From Rhodospirillales bacterium (GTDB taxonomy: Bacteria; Pseudomonadota; Alphaproteobacteria; Reyranellales; Reyranellaceae): 59,317 nt of DNA. The translations under genes and the position numbers were made by a program. The notes beneath the pieces are model-generated. The model ran no database searches. It saw nothing but the letters and a program-made list of their open reading frames with translations, and was not told where the DNA came from. Positions 46,501 to 56,701 of this stretch are shown here, in pieces. Every line of letters begins with the position of its first letter. Positions within the stretch are counted from its first letter, which is position 1. Location: contig PLYQ01000166.1 of NCBI GenBank assembly GCA_003153415.1, positions 1 to 59,317 on the forward strand, given 5' to 3'.

Positions 46501-47246
46501 CAGGCCATGCCCCCGAGGTAGACGTCCCGGACATTGACGTTCGCTTTCACTTCGTCGGGCTTGCCGCCGGCGATCAGGCGGCCGCGATCGAGCACGACGA
46601 TGCGATCGGCCTGGCTGAAGACGACATCCATGTCATGTTCGGTGAACAGGACCGCGATCTGCCGGGCACGCGCCAGCCTAGCCACCAGCTCCATCAGCGC
46701 CACCCGCTCGCGGGGCGCCATGCCGGCCGTCGGCTCATCCATCAGCAGGAGGCGGGGCTGGTTGGCGAGCGCCATGGCGAGTTCGACCCGCTTCAGATCG
46801 CCGTAGGCCAGCACGCCGCACAGCCGCGTGGCCTGTTCCAGCATGCCGACCTGATCGAGCAGCGCGTCGGCCTCGACGGTGAAGGCCGCACCAAAGCGCT
46901 GCAGCAGCGAGCCGAGCTTGCCGGCGTGGGAATAGAGCGCCATCTGCACATTCTCGCGCACGCTGAGCGAGGCGAAGGTGGCGGTGATCTGGAACGTGCG
47001 CCCGACTCCCAGCTTCCAAATGGCGCGCGGGCTCATGCCAAGGATGTCGCGGCCGCCCAGCCGCGCGATGCCGCTGTCGGGAGCAAGCTGGCCGTTCAGC
47101 ATGTTGAAGCAGGTGCTCTTGCCCGCGCCGTTGGGGCCGATCAGCGCCAACAGCTCGCCGGCATCGACGGCGAAGGAGACGTCGACCACGGCGCGAACGC
47201 CGCCGAAGTCCTTGTGCAGGCCCTCGACCTGCAGCACGGCGCTCAT
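46500..47246 (-). CDS. ABC transporter ATP-binding protein (LivG-like)
   Basis: GPNGAGKST, GRTFQ, LAYGD.KRVE, MDEPTAGM, EHDM. Confidence 0.92.
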   Translation of the reverse strand: MSAVLQVEGLHKDFGGVRAVVDVSFAVDAGELLALIGPNGAGKSTCFNMLNGQLAPDSGIARLGGRDILGMSPRAIWKLGVGRTFQITATFASLSVRENVQMALYSHAGKLGSLLQRFGAAFTVEADALLDQVGMLEQATRLCGVLAYGDLKRVELAMALANQPRLLLMDEPTAGMAPRERVALMELVARLARARQIAVLFTEHDMDVVFSQADRIVVLDRGRLIAGGKPDEVKANVNVRDVYLGGMA

Positions 47247-49117
47247 GCGCGGGCCTCCCGCCAGCGGCCGATCAGCGCCTTGAGCCCGCCGACCAGCCCC
47301 TGCGGAAACAGCAGCACGATCAGCAGGATCACCAAGCCGAGCACGGCGCGCCAGGACTGGGTATCGCGGGCGAGTTCGTCGCGCAGCCAGGTGAACAAGG
47401 CTGCGCCCACGACCGGACCGGTGAGCGTCTCGACGCCGCCCAACAGCACCATCACCAGCCCATCGGTCGACTGGCCGATCGAGACCGACGAGGGCGAGAT
47501 GCTGCCCTTGGAGAAGGCGAAAGCGGCGCCAGCGAGGCCCGCCAGCATGCCGGCCAGCACGAAGGCCGCCCACTGGAAGGAGCGCACGTCGATGCCGAGC
47601 GCCTCGGCACGCAGCGGCGAATCGCGACCGGCGCGCAAGACATAGCCGAACGGCGAGAACAGCACCCGCCAGAGGAAGACGATGCCGATGCCGCACAGTG
47701 CCAGGGTCATGTAGTAGTAGACGCTCTTGTCGCTGAGCCAGGCGGACGGCCAGATGCCGACGATGCCGTTGCTGCCGTCAGTGAACGAATCCCATTGAAA
47801 GACGATCGACCAGCTGATCTGGGCGAAGGCCAAGGTCAGCATGGCAAGGTAGACGCCCGACAGGCGCACGCAGAACCAGCCATAGACGACGGCAAACAGC
47901 CCGGCACAGAACGGCGCCAGCAGGAGTGCGGCTTCCATCGGCAGGCCGGCACGCTTGAACAGGAGCGCCGCGGCATAGGCGCCGAGGCCGAAGTAGGCGG
48001 CATGACCGAACGACACCATGCCGGCCGGCCCCATGATGAAATGCAGGCTCGCGGCAAACAGCGCGAAGCAGGCAATGTCGGTCAGCAGCACGACGACGTA
48101 GCGATCGCCCAGCAGCGGCACGACGAGAAATAGCACCATCCAGCAGGCGGCGACCTGCCAACGCGGCGACGTCAGGGCTGGCGCTATTTCGCCCGACGTT
48201 CGCGGCGTCGCGGGCTTCTTGCCGCGCAGGCCGTAGGGACGAAGCACGAGCACCACGCCCATAATCACGAACTCGACCACGAGCGTCAGCTTGGAGAACA
48301 CGATCTCGGTGCCGAACAGATGCACCGTGCCGATGCCGATGCAGAAAGCCTTAGCGAGGGCGATCAGGATGGCAGCGAGGAAGGCGCCGCCCAGGCTGCC
48401 CAGCCCGCCCACCACGGTCACCACGAAGGCGTCGGCAATGACCGCGAGGTCAAGATCGAGATTTGCCGGCTCGCGCGGGATCTGCAGCGCGCCACCGAGG
48501 CCCGCCAGCACGGCGCCGACAAAAAACACCGACGTGAACAGCCTGGCCTGGTCGACGCCGAGGGCGCCGACCATCTCGCGATCCTGCGTCGCGGCGCGGA
48601 CCAGGGCGCCCCAGCGCGTCCGCTTGAGCAGGAGTCTCATGACGCCGAGCACCACAGGGCCGATGGCAATCAGCAGCAGATCGTAGGCCGGGATGCGCTT
48701 GCCCAGGATCTCGACACTGCCGAAGCCGGGCGCACGCGGACCGACCAGATCCTCCGGGCCCCAGGCGAAGAGGGCGACGTCCTTGATCACCAGCACGACC
48801 GCGAAGGTGGCAAGCAACTGAAAGAGTTCCGGCGCCCGATAGATGCGCCGCAGCACCAGCACTTCGATGGCAACGCCCACGAGGCCCACCACCAGCGCGG
48901 CCAGGATCACCGCGCTCCAGAAGCCCAGCGGCGTGCGGCCTAGCGCCTCGATCAGGCTGTAGGCGCCATAGAGACCCAGCATATAGAGCGAGCCGTGCGC
49001 GAAATTGACGATCCGCGTGACACCGAAAATCAGCGACAGGCCCGCCGACACCAGGAACAGCGACGACGCTGAGGCCAGCCCGTTGAGGAGCTGGATGAGG
49101 ATGGAGGGGAGGCTCAT
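47243..49117 (-). CDS. Fused LivH-LivM ABC permease
   Basis: GLSLIFGV..IVNFAHG, VVGGLGS, second domain VSFGHAAYFGLGAY, MVLLGG. Confidence 0.9.
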   Translation of the reverse strand: MSLPSILIQLLNGLASASSLFLVSAGLSLIFGVTRIVNFAHGSLYMLGLYGAYSLIEALGRTPLGFWSAVILAALVVGLVGVAIEVLVLRRIYRAPELFQLLATFAVVLVIKDVALFAWGPEDLVGPRAPGFGSVEILGKRIPAYDLLLIAIGPVVLGVMRLLLKRTRWGALVRAATQDREMVGALGVDQARLFTSVFFVGAVLAGLGGALQIPREPANLDLDLAVIADAFVVTVVGGLGSLGGAFLAAILIALAKAFCIGIGTVHLFGTEIVFSKLTLVVEFVIMGVVLVLRPYGLRGKKPATPRTSGEIAPALTSPRWQVAACWMVLFLVVPLLGDRYVVVLLTDIACFALFAASLHFIMGPAGMVSFGHAAYFGLGAYAAALLFKRAGLPMEAALLLAPFCAGLFAVVYGWFCVRLSGVYLAMLTLAFAQISWSIVFQWDSFTDGSNGIVGIWPSAWLSDKSVYYYMTLALCGIGIVFLWRVLFSPFGYVLRAGRDSPLRAEALGIDVRSFQWAAFVLAGMLAGLAGAAFAFSKGSISPSSVSIGQSTDGLVMVLLGGVETLTGPVVGAALFTWLRDELARDTQSWRAVLGLVILLIVLLFPQGLVGGLKALIGRWREARA

Positions 49118-49124
49118 GCGGTCG

Positions 49125-49188
49125 CCTTCCCCCTCCGGCCCTTCGGGCCACCTCCCCCGTCAGACGGGGGAGGCAGGGAGGGGGAGGG
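49125..49188. repeat. REP/RIME-like double-hairpin intergenic element
   Basis: CCCCCTCC-GGCCC TTC GGGCC-A-CCTCCCCCGTC A GACGGGGGAGG, with an outer arm GGAGGGGG; lies between the SBP and permease genes. Confidence 0.65.
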
Positions 49189-49205
49189 TTTCAAAACGGC
49201 TGCCG

Positions 49206-50411
49206 TCAGTTGGCCGGCCTCATCTTCCTGACTTCCTCATCGGATGGCAGCGCATCCTTGCCGTCGACAAAGCGCCAGTCCTTCATGTAGCCCTTGCCGT
49301 CCTTGACCGCGATGCGGCCGACGTAGGCGCCCATGGTCGACTGGTGATCGAGCGCGCGGTAGGTGACGTTGCCGAAGGGCGTCATGTGCTGCAGCCCGCT
49401 CATGGCGGTAATGAGCTTGTACTGGTCGAGCGAGCCCGTCTTCTTGATCGCCGCCACCGCCGACATCACCGTCGAGTAGCCGACCACTGAGCCGAGCCGC
49501 GGATAGTCCTTGTACTTGGCCTGGTAGGCGGCAAGGAACTTGGCGTGCTCCGGTGTTTTGATCTCGCTCCAGGGATAGCCCGTGACGTACCAGCCCTCGG
49601 GCGCCTCCTCCTTCAGCGGATCGAGATATTCCGGCTCGCCGGCCAAGAGGTTGAACACCTCGACGCCCTTGAAGACGCCGCGCTGCTGGCCCTCGCGCAC
49701 GAACTTGGCGAGATCGGCGCCGAACAGCGAGGAGAAGATCGCCTCGGGCTTGGCGTCGGCCAGCGCCTGGGCCACGGCACCGGCGTCGATCTTGCCGAGC
49801 GGCGGCGCCTGTTCGGTAACGAACTCGACTCCGGGCTGCTTGGCGCTCAAGAGCTTCTTGAAGGCCGCCGTCGCCGACTGGCCGTATTCATAGTTGGGAT
49901 AGACGATCGCCCAGCGCTTCTTGTTGAGCTTGACGGCGTCAGCAATGAGCATCGCCGTCTGCATGTATGTCGAAGTGCGCAGCCGGAAGGTGTAGGCGTT
50001 GCCCGCCTCCCAGACGATCTTGTCGGTCAGCGGCTCGGCGGCGATGAACAGGGTCTTGCGCTGCTTGGCGAAGTCGGCGACGGCGAGGCCGACATTCGAC
50101 GGGAAGGTGCCGATCAGGAACGCCACCTTCTGGCTGCTCAGCAGTTCCTCGGCGGCGCGCACGGCATCGCCCGGATTGCCGTTGTCGTCGCGGCTCACGA
50201 TCTCGATCTTGCGGCCGAGCACGCCGCCGGAAGCGTTGATCTCCTCGACAGCCATCTCCCAGCCCTTCTTGTAGGGCTCGAGGAAGGCCGAGAAGACCTT
50301 GTAGCTGTTGAGTTCACCGATCTTGATCGGCTCCTGGGCGCCGGCCGGGCCGCCGAGCGACAGCGCCACCAAGGCGGCAGCGCCGGTGAACAGATGATTG
50401 CGGGTCAACAT
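49206..50411 (-). CDS. ABC substrate-binding protein (LivJ/K-like)
   Basis: Signal peptide, IKIGE, EEINASGGVLGR.IE..RDD, YTFR, PNYEYGQ. Confidence 0.9.
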   Translation of the reverse strand: MLTRNHLFTGAAALVALSLGGPAGAQEPIKIGELNSYKVFSAFLEPYKKGWEMAVEEINASGGVLGRKIEIVSRDDNGNPGDAVRAAEELLSSQKVAFLIGTFPSNVGLAVADFAKQRKTLFIAAEPLTDKIVWEAGNAYTFRLRTSTYMQTAMLIADAVKLNKKRWAIVYPNYEYGQSATAAFKKLLSAKQPGVEFVTEQAPPLGKIDAGAVAQALADAKPEAIFSSLFGADLAKFVREGQQRGVFKGVEVFNLLAGEPEYLDPLKEEAPEGWYVTGYPWSEIKTPEHAKFLAAYQAKYKDYPRLGSVVGYSTVMSAVAAIKKTGSLDQYKLITAMSGLQHMTPFGNVTYRALDHQSTMGAYVGRIAVKDGKGYMKDWRFVDGKDALPSDEEVRKMRPAN

Positions 50412-50466
50412 GAAATCCCCCTCTGCAAAACGATGAATTTTTCCCTGACGCGAGCCTAGCACTCCG

Positions 50467-50844
50467 TCAGGCCGCAAATGAAGAGCGCGCCTGGACGCCC
50501 CAATGCCCGTCCTGTCTGGTCACGATGTAGATCGACTCGTAGCGGGCGATCAGCGATCCATCCTTGCGCCAGCGGCTGAACTGCACCGCCAGATGCACCT
50601 TGTCCTGACCGACATGGATCGGCGTGCGCTTGTCCCAGCGGCTTTCCGCCCAGCCGTCGCCCGCCCGCGCACGGAAGCCCTCGAGCTTGTAGTCACCCGC
50701 CTTCTGCCACATCGTCACCTTGCCGCTGGCCAGCCGTACATGCGGGAAATTGTAACTGGCGTTGACGCCGGCCTCGTCGCCACGATTGAGCGCGGCCATG
50801 AAGTCGTCGAGCACGGCCATCGCCAACTTGAGTGGATCGCTCAT
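50467..50844 (-). CDS. NTF2/SnoaL-like small protein
   Basis: LDDFMAALN..D, NFPHVR, KVH..V.FSR, YIVT..DGHWGVQARSSFA. Confidence 0.65.
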   Translation of the reverse strand: MSDPLKLAMAVLDDFMAALNRGDEAGVNASYNFPHVRLASGKVTMWQKAGDYKLEGFRARAGDGWAESRWDKRTPIHVGQDKVHLAVQFSRWRKDGSLIARYESIYIVTRQDGHWGVQARSSFAA

Positions 50845-51701
50845 CCTGCCGCCTTCTGAGCAAGCGCCGTGCCGGCAGCCTCGATACGCCACTGGCCTTT
50901 CAGCGACAGCGCCGCGCCGTCGATCAGGCCGCACAGTCGCAGCCGACGTGCTTCGGCAGCGCCGCGGTCGAGCGCCGCGGCGATCACGTGATGCGGCAGC
51001 CGGCCAACGGACACGGTGACGGGCAAATCCAAGAGGTCACTGTCGGGATCGAGTTCATGCGCAGGGCGGCGTTGGATAGACGGGTGATCGGCATTGACCG
51101 CATTGGCGATCAGGGTCGCGGCGGCGTCGGCGGCGGCGGCCGTTGCGGCGAGGATCGTGGCTGAATCGGCGATGCCGAGTGAGAACGAGCGTCCGCCGCA
51201 GCCCGAGGTGGCGATGCCGCGCACCATCCGTTCGTGGCGCAAAGTCGCGAAGCCCGAAAGCTGCGGTGCTAAAAGATCGGCAACGATGCCGGCACGCAGT
51301 TCGTGGCCGGGAGCCAGATGAATGGCGATGTCGCCGCCGTTGTTCACATAAGCCTTGTCGAGCGCGCGGCCACGGGTGATCGCCGCCAGCATTTCGTCGG
51401 CCACGGCGCCGGCGACGGCAGCCATCGGCGTGATGAAGACTGACCGGTGTGGCCACACGGCGTCGGCCATGCGCCGCGCCACCGGGCCTTGCAGCAGCGC
51501 ACGCGCGGCGTCGACCGGCCGGCGTAACAAGGGCAGTTCGCCGACCAGCGTCGGCAGGATGTCGCCAAAGCGTTCGATCGCCTGTCGGTAGGCGCGTTCG
51601 ATCTCCGTGGCCGCGCCGAACGCCTCGACCAAAAGGTCGATTGGGCCGTGCTGCTGATGCAGCCGGCCGTCGGGCAATCGCGCGGTCTGCGGCCCGTTCA
51701 T
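50841..51701 (-). CDS. UPF0280-family protein (ApbE superfamily)
   Basis: QHGPIDL, TPMAAVAGAVAD, VNNGGDIA, GIATSG.GGRSFSLGIADS.T, ADAAAT.IAN. Confidence 0.85.
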   Translation of the reverse strand: MNGPQTARLPDGRLHQQHGPIDLLVEAFGAATEIERAYRQAIERFGDILPTLVGELPLLRRPVDAARALLQGPVARRMADAVWPHRSVFITPMAAVAGAVADEMLAAITRGRALDKAYVNNGGDIAIHLAPGHELRAGIVADLLAPQLSGFATLRHERMVRGIATSGCGGRSFSLGIADSATILAATAAAADAAATLIANAVNADHPSIQRRPAHELDPDSDLLDLPVTVSVGRLPHHVIAAALDRGAAEARRLRLCGLIDGAALSLKGQWRIEAAGTALAQKAAG

Positions 51702-53146
51702 TTGTCGACCCGCACCTTGTTCCCTTGCACCACTTCTTCCAGCGTCACGGCGCGCGAGGCGTAGCCGCCGAGGGCGGCGTAGTCGTCGGCGCGCAGGGTG
51801 AATTCGATGGGCGCCACCAGCGCCGGGGTCGGCACATAGCCGAAGGATTTCTCCGGCATGTTGGCGACATCAACCATCAAGGTGATGCCGCCGCCCGGCC
51901 AGACATAGGCCGGCTGGCCGCCCAGCGTCACCTTGGTCAGCGTCTCGCGCACCGAGCGCGTCAGCCGCACGGGATTCTCGGTAACGCCGGCGCGCAGCGA
52001 GCCGCCAGCGCCGGCCATGAACAGCACGGTGCAAAGTGCTGGTTCGCAATTCTCGGCGATGCGTTCGACGACCAAGCGCACCGGCGCGGGCATCGCGGCG
52101 GGCTGCGGCTTCAAGTCCTTGTCGAGCTCGAACCACGCCGAATGCTCACCCGTGGTCGAAACCATCAACAGCCGCAGGCCGGGCCAGGCCGTCTTGGGAT
52201 CGATCTTGTCGATGATCTCCAGTGGGTCTGAAACATCGGTGCCGCCCCAGCCCAACCCCGGCTCGGCCACCTGGAAATAGCGGCCAGGCGTCGATCTGCG
52301 GCCGCGCACGCGGATGCCGGCCGGCTTCATGTCGAGGAAGCGGCCGCCCTGATGCTCGCTCAAGACGCCGGTGATGTGATCGTCGACCACGATCACCTCG
52401 TCGACGTGATCCTTCCATTGCGGCGCGAACATGCCGATCGCGGCCGACCCGCAGCCGACCCGCATGCGCTCCTCGAGCGTGCCGTTGACGATCGGCGGCT
52501 TGTTGGCCTGCACCACGACCGTCGAGCCGCCATCGATCGTGAGTTCCACCGCCTCGCGATTGCACAGCGCCAGCAGCGCCTCGCAGGTGACGACGCCTTC
52601 CTTCTTGCTGCCACCCGTCAGATGGTGAACGCCGCCCAGCGACAGCATCTGCGAGCCGTACTCCGCCGTGGTGACGTGGCCCACCGCCTCGCCCTTCGAC
52701 CGCACCGCCGCCTGCTCGGGCCCGAGGTAGCGGTCGGTGTCGATTTTCACCTTCACGCCGCAGTAGCTGAAGATGCCCTCGGTGACGACGGTGACCATGT
52801 CGACACCGGCATGCTTGGACGAGACGATGAAGGGCGCGGGCTTGTAGTCGGGATAGGTCGTGGTGGCGCCGATGCCGGTGACGAACGCGCCCTCGCCCCT
52901 CCCAAGAATATTGGGGCCGAGTTCGCCGGCCCAGGCGCCGCTGCCCTCGACAAAGGCCACGCGGGCCAGATCGGGCTTGGCCAGCAGCACCAGGGGATCG
53001 ACCCGCACGAGCTTGCCGTCTTCGTTGGCGTAGCGATCGCAGGCGCCGGCGCGGCCCGGCCGGATGCGACAGAGCACCGGGCAGGCGTCGCAGCGCACGA
53101 TGCTGGCGCTGCGTTCGGCCTCCGAGAGCGCCAATTCGTCGCTCAT
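51698..53146 (-). CDS. hnr: 6-hydroxynicotinate reductase-like Fe-S protein
   Basis: CDACPVLC....R.GACDRYAN, TTYPDYKPAPFIVS, TEGIFSYCG, MRVGCGSA, VVDDHITG, AGAGGSLRAG, WPGGGIT. Confidence 0.8.
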   Translation of the reverse strand: MSDELALSEAERSASIVRCDACPVLCRIRPGRAGACDRYANEDGKLVRVDPLVLLAKPDLARVAFVEGSGAWAGELGPNILGRGEGAFVTGIGATTTYPDYKPAPFIVSSKHAGVDMVTVVTEGIFSYCGVKVKIDTDRYLGPEQAAVRSKGEAVGHVTTAEYGSQMLSLGGVHHLTGGSKKEGVVTCEALLALCNREAVELTIDGGSTVVVQANKPPIVNGTLEERMRVGCGSAAIGMFAPQWKDHVDEVIVVDDHITGVLSEHQGGRFLDMKPAGIRVRGRRSTPGRYFQVAEPGLGWGGTDVSDPLEIIDKIDPKTAWPGLRLLMVSTTGEHSAWFELDKDLKPQPAAMPAPVRLVVERIAENCEPALCTVLFMAGAGGSLRAGVTENPVRLTRSVRETLTKVTLGGQPAYVWPGGGITLMVDVANMPEKSFGYVPTPALVAPIEFTLRADDYAALGGYASRAVTLEEVVQGNKVRVDK

Positions 53147-55854
53147 CCCACGTTTCCCTTCAGGGCGACGATGGCCTCGCGCAGGCGATGCGGCAACAGG
53201 GGAACACGTGTGGCGCGCACGCCGGTCGCGTGGTGAACGGCGCCCAGGATGGCCGGTGCCGTCGGCACCAGGCCAGGCTCGCCCACGCCCTTGGCGCCCG
53301 ACGGTCCCAGCGGCTCGCGATCCTCGATCAGCAGGCACTCGATCTGCGGCACGTCGCCGATTGTGGGGATCAGATAGTCGTGCAGGTTCTCGGTGTGGCC
53401 GGGCAGGTACTTCTCCATCAGCGCCAGCCCCAGCCCCTGCGCGATGCCGCCCTCGATCTGGCCTTCGACCAGGGTCGGATTGATTGCCTTGCCGACATCG
53501 TGCGCGGCGACCATGCGCAGCACCTTGACCGTTCCAAGTTCGGTATCGACCTCGACGGTCGCGATTTGGGCCGCAAAGGCATAGGTCGCGTAGGGCACAC
53601 CCTGGCCGTTGGCATCGAGCGGCGTGGTCGGCGGATCGAACGTGCCCTCGCCGATCAGCGGACCGACCGTGGCGAGCGCAAGGCTGCGCACGGTGCCGCC
53701 ATCGCGTACCTTGAGCGTTGCGCCCTCGAGCGACAGCGTGGCGCTCTCGCCCGCATTGGCCAGTCGCAGGATCTGCAGGCGAAGATCGCGGCCGGCCAGC
53801 TCGGCGGCCTTGCCCGACACGAAGGTCTGGCGCGACGCCGAGGTCTTACCGGCATCGGCGGTGAGATCGGTGTCGCCCGCCACCAGGGCGAACTGCGAGG
53901 CCGGCAGGCCCAGCGCATCGGCTGCGATCTGGACCATGATGGTGTTGCTGCCCTGGCCGATGTCGACGGCGCCGCTGTAGAGGGTGAGGGAGCCCGCCGG
54001 CGATAAGCCGACCCGCATGTGCGAGGGATTCGACATCGACGTGTTGCCGATGCCGTACCACATGCAGCCGATGCCGACGCCGCGGCGACGCGGAGCACCC
54101 TTGGCGTTGAAGGCCGCAACTTCGCGGTGCGCCTTCTGCCAGTGCGGCCGAAGCGCCTCGAGACATTGGGCAAGTCCCGCAGAATGGACGAGAGTCTGCC
54201 CGGTCGCCGTCGTGTCACCAACGCGCAGGGCGTTGCGATGGCGGAACTCCAGACGGTCGATGGAGAGCTTGTCGGCCAGCGCATCCATCATCGCCTCGTG
54301 GGCGATGGCGGCCTGCGGCACGCCGAAGCCGCGGAAGGCACCGGCCGGCGGACCGTTGGTAAAGAAGGCCTCGCCCCAGCTCCGCACATTGGCCACGGCG
54401 TAGGGGCCCATGGCATGCACCGGCACGCGATTGGCGACGGTCGGGCCCCACGAAGCATAGGCGCCGGTGTCGAAGGTCGCGGTGACATCGCAGGCCAGAA
54501 GCTTGCCTTCGGCATCGCAGCCGAACTTGGCCATGATACGGGCGGGATGGCGCTTGGTCGTGGCGACCATGCTTTCCGGCCGCGTGTAGACCAGCGCCAC
54601 CGGCCGGCCGAGCTTCCACGCAGCGATGGCGATCAATGGCTGGACCGAGAGATCGAGCTTGCCGCCGAAACCGCCACCGCAGGCCGTCGGCACGACACGC
54701 ACCGCCTCGGGCCTGAGCCGCATGACGTTGGCGATCTCGTCGCGGTCCATATAGGGCGTCTGGGTGGTGGCGTGGATTTCGATGCGATCGCCGACCCTTT
54801 GCGCCCAGCCCGCCTCCGGTTCGATATAGGCGTGCTCGACGAAAGCCGTCTCGAACACGCCTTCGGCGACCGCCGCTGAGCGCGCAAAGGCCTCGGCCGG
54901 GTCGCCGTGGCGGACGCCGCCGTCGAGCAAAAGATTTTTCGGCCGGTCAGCCTGAACGAGTGGCGCATCGGGCGCGGTCGCCGCATCGATACCGAACAAC
55001 GGCGGCTCCGGCGTCCAGACGATCGGCACCTCCCGGTCACGGATAGCGAGCACCGTGGCGCGGTCGCCGACCAGAGCCACCACGGCCTCACCGCCGTAGC
55101 GGATCAGCCCGTCGGCCAGAACCGGTTGGTCCTTGATCTCGGGATAGATGCCGAAGCCATTGAACGGCACGTCGGCGGCGGTCAGCACGGCGGCCAGGCG
55201 CTGCCGCAGGGGCGCCAGATCACCCAGCGTGAAACGCGCGTGGGCGTGCGGCGAGCGCACCACGCGGATCCATAGCGCATCGGCCGGCACCGCATCGGCG
55301 CCAAACAGGTCGCGGCCAGTGACCTTGGCGTGACCGTCGACCCGCGGCATGCGCGCCCCGATGGCGGCACCGGGGGCCGGCGCCATGTCAGGCGCCTGGG
55401 CTGCAGTGGCGGCAAGGACCGCATCGACGATCTTGCCGTAGCCGGTGCAGCGGCAGAGAACGCCACCCAGGGCGTCCTCGACCTCGGCTCGACTCGGCCG
55501 GTCGGTGCGGCGCAGAAGATCCTGAGCCGCCATCAGCATGCCCGGAGTGCAAATACCGCACTGGGCCGCGCCATGGACGAGAAAAGATTTTTGCAAAACC
55601 GTCAGTGCGCCATCCGGCTGGGCCAGGCTTTCGACCGTCTCGACCCGGCGGCCCTCGACCTGGCCCATCGCCACCAGGCAGGAACAGACCTGCTGGCCGT
55701 CGAGCAACACAGTGCAGGCGCCGCAGTCGCCGGCGTCGCAGCCGATCTTGGTCCCGGTCAGGCCGAGATCGTCGCGCAGCGCCGCGGCGAGCCGCGTGAC
55801 CGGAGGGCCCGTCCAGTCGGCCGCGCCGCCGTTCAGGGTGAAGGCCACCTTCAC
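53143..55854 (-). CDS. Molybdenum hydroxylase, fused 2Fe-2S + Mo-binding subunit (nicotinate dehydrogenase-like by context)
   Basis: GTKIGCDAGDCGACTV, QCGICTPG, LCRCTGY, GGGFGGK, AFRGFGVPQ, AKGVGE. Confidence 0.8.
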   Translation of the reverse strand: MKVAFTLNGGAADWTGPPVTRLAAALRDDLGLTGTKIGCDAGDCGACTVLLDGQQVCSCLVAMGQVEGRRVETVESLAQPDGALTVLQKSFLVHGAAQCGICTPGMLMAAQDLLRRTDRPSRAEVEDALGGVLCRCTGYGKIVDAVLAATAAQAPDMAPAPGAAIGARMPRVDGHAKVTGRDLFGADAVPADALWIRVVRSPHAHARFTLGDLAPLRQRLAAVLTAADVPFNGFGIYPEIKDQPVLADGLIRYGGEAVVALVGDRATVLAIRDREVPIVWTPEPPLFGIDAATAPDAPLVQADRPKNLLLDGGVRHGDPAEAFARSAAVAEGVFETAFVEHAYIEPEAGWAQRVGDRIEIHATTQTPYMDRDEIANVMRLRPEAVRVVPTACGGGFGGKLDLSVQPLIAIAAWKLGRPVALVYTRPESMVATTKRHPARIMAKFGCDAEGKLLACDVTATFDTGAYASWGPTVANRVPVHAMGPYAVANVRSWGEAFFTNGPPAGAFRGFGVPQAAIAHEAMMDALADKLSIDRLEFRHRNALRVGDTTATGQTLVHSAGLAQCLEALRPHWQKAHREVAAFNAKGAPRRRGVGIGCMWYGIGNTSMSNPSHMRVGLSPAGSLTLYSGAVDIGQGSNTIMVQIAADALGLPASQFALVAGDTDLTADAGKTSASRQTFVSGKAAELAGRDLRLQILRLANAGESATLSLEGATLKVRDGGTVRSLALATVGPLIGEGTFDPPTTPLDANGQGVPYATYAFAAQIATVEVDTELGTVKVLRMVAAHDVGKAINPTLVEGQIEGGIAQGLGLALMEKYLPGHTENLHDYLIPTIGDVPQIECLLIEDREPLGPSGAKGVGEPGLVPTAPAILGAVHHATGVRATRVPLLPHRLREAIVALKGNVG

Positions 55855-56696
55855 GGCACGAACCCCAACAGGAGGCGGCGCAGCAAAGTGAACACGGCGT
55901 CACTGCGGTAGGCGGCACTGCCCCGCACATCGTCGATCGGGCTAAGCGGCGCTAGATGGGCTGGGTCGACGCGCTCGGCGAGATGGTGGTCAAGGGTGGC
56001 GCCCGCGAGCGCTGCTTCGAGCGCCGGCAGACGCCGCGCCACGGCCGAGCAGGCGCCGACGGCGATGCGGGCGGCAACGACGCGGCTGCCATCCTCGTCA
56101 TCGGCGATCTCCAATGTCGCGGCGGCCATGGCGATGGAGATCACGAGATAGCGCCGGGCGCCCAGCTTGAGGAACCCACTGCGGGCGTGGTGCGCGGGCT
56201 TGGCGATGTGAATGGCAACCAAGAGCTCGCCGGGCGTCAGCGCGGTGCGGCGGTTGCCGGTGATGAAATCCGACAGCGGCAGGCGGCGGCTGCCGGCGGC
56301 GCTCGCCAGTTCCACCTCGGCGTCAAGCGCCAGCAGGCCCGGCACACCGTCGGCGGCGGGCGAGGCGTTGCAGAGATTACCGGCGAGCGTTCCGGCATTC
56401 TGGATCTGCCGGCCGCCGATCTCGCGCGCTGCCTGCTTCAGCCCGTCGAACAGGGGCGGCAGATCGTCGGCCCGCAGGAGGTCGGTCCAGGTCGTGGTGG
56501 CGCCCAGCCGCCAGCCGGCGACCCCGGCCGATATACCGCGCAAAACGCCGATGCCGCCGATGTCTAAGACGTCTTCGTCGATCGTCTGGCCGACCCGCGC
56601 CGGGTAGAAATCGGTGCCGCCGGCCAGCACGGTGTGCGGCCGTGCCAGCACGGCAAGCGCCTCCTCGAGGCGGTGAGGACGAAGGTATTCAGCCAT
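55851..56696 (-). CDS. Molybdenum hydroxylase FAD-binding subunit
   Basis: LAGGTD, QIQNAGTLAGNLCNASPAAD, FLKLGARRYLVISI, PIDDVRGSA.YR. Confidence 0.88.
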   Translation of the reverse strand: MAEYLRPHRLEEALAVLARPHTVLAGGTDFYPARVGQTIDEDVLDIGGIGVLRGISAGVAGWRLGATTTWTDLLRADDLPPLFDGLKQAAREIGGRQIQNAGTLAGNLCNASPAADGVPGLLALDAEVELASAAGSRRLPLSDFITGNRRTALTPGELLVAIHIAKPAHHARSGFLKLGARRYLVISIAMAAATLEIADDEDGSRVVAARIAVGACSAVARRLPALEAALAGATLDHHLAERVDPAHLAPLSPIDDVRGSAAYRSDAVFTLLRRLLLGFVP

Positions 56697-56701
56697 ATCG
56701 T

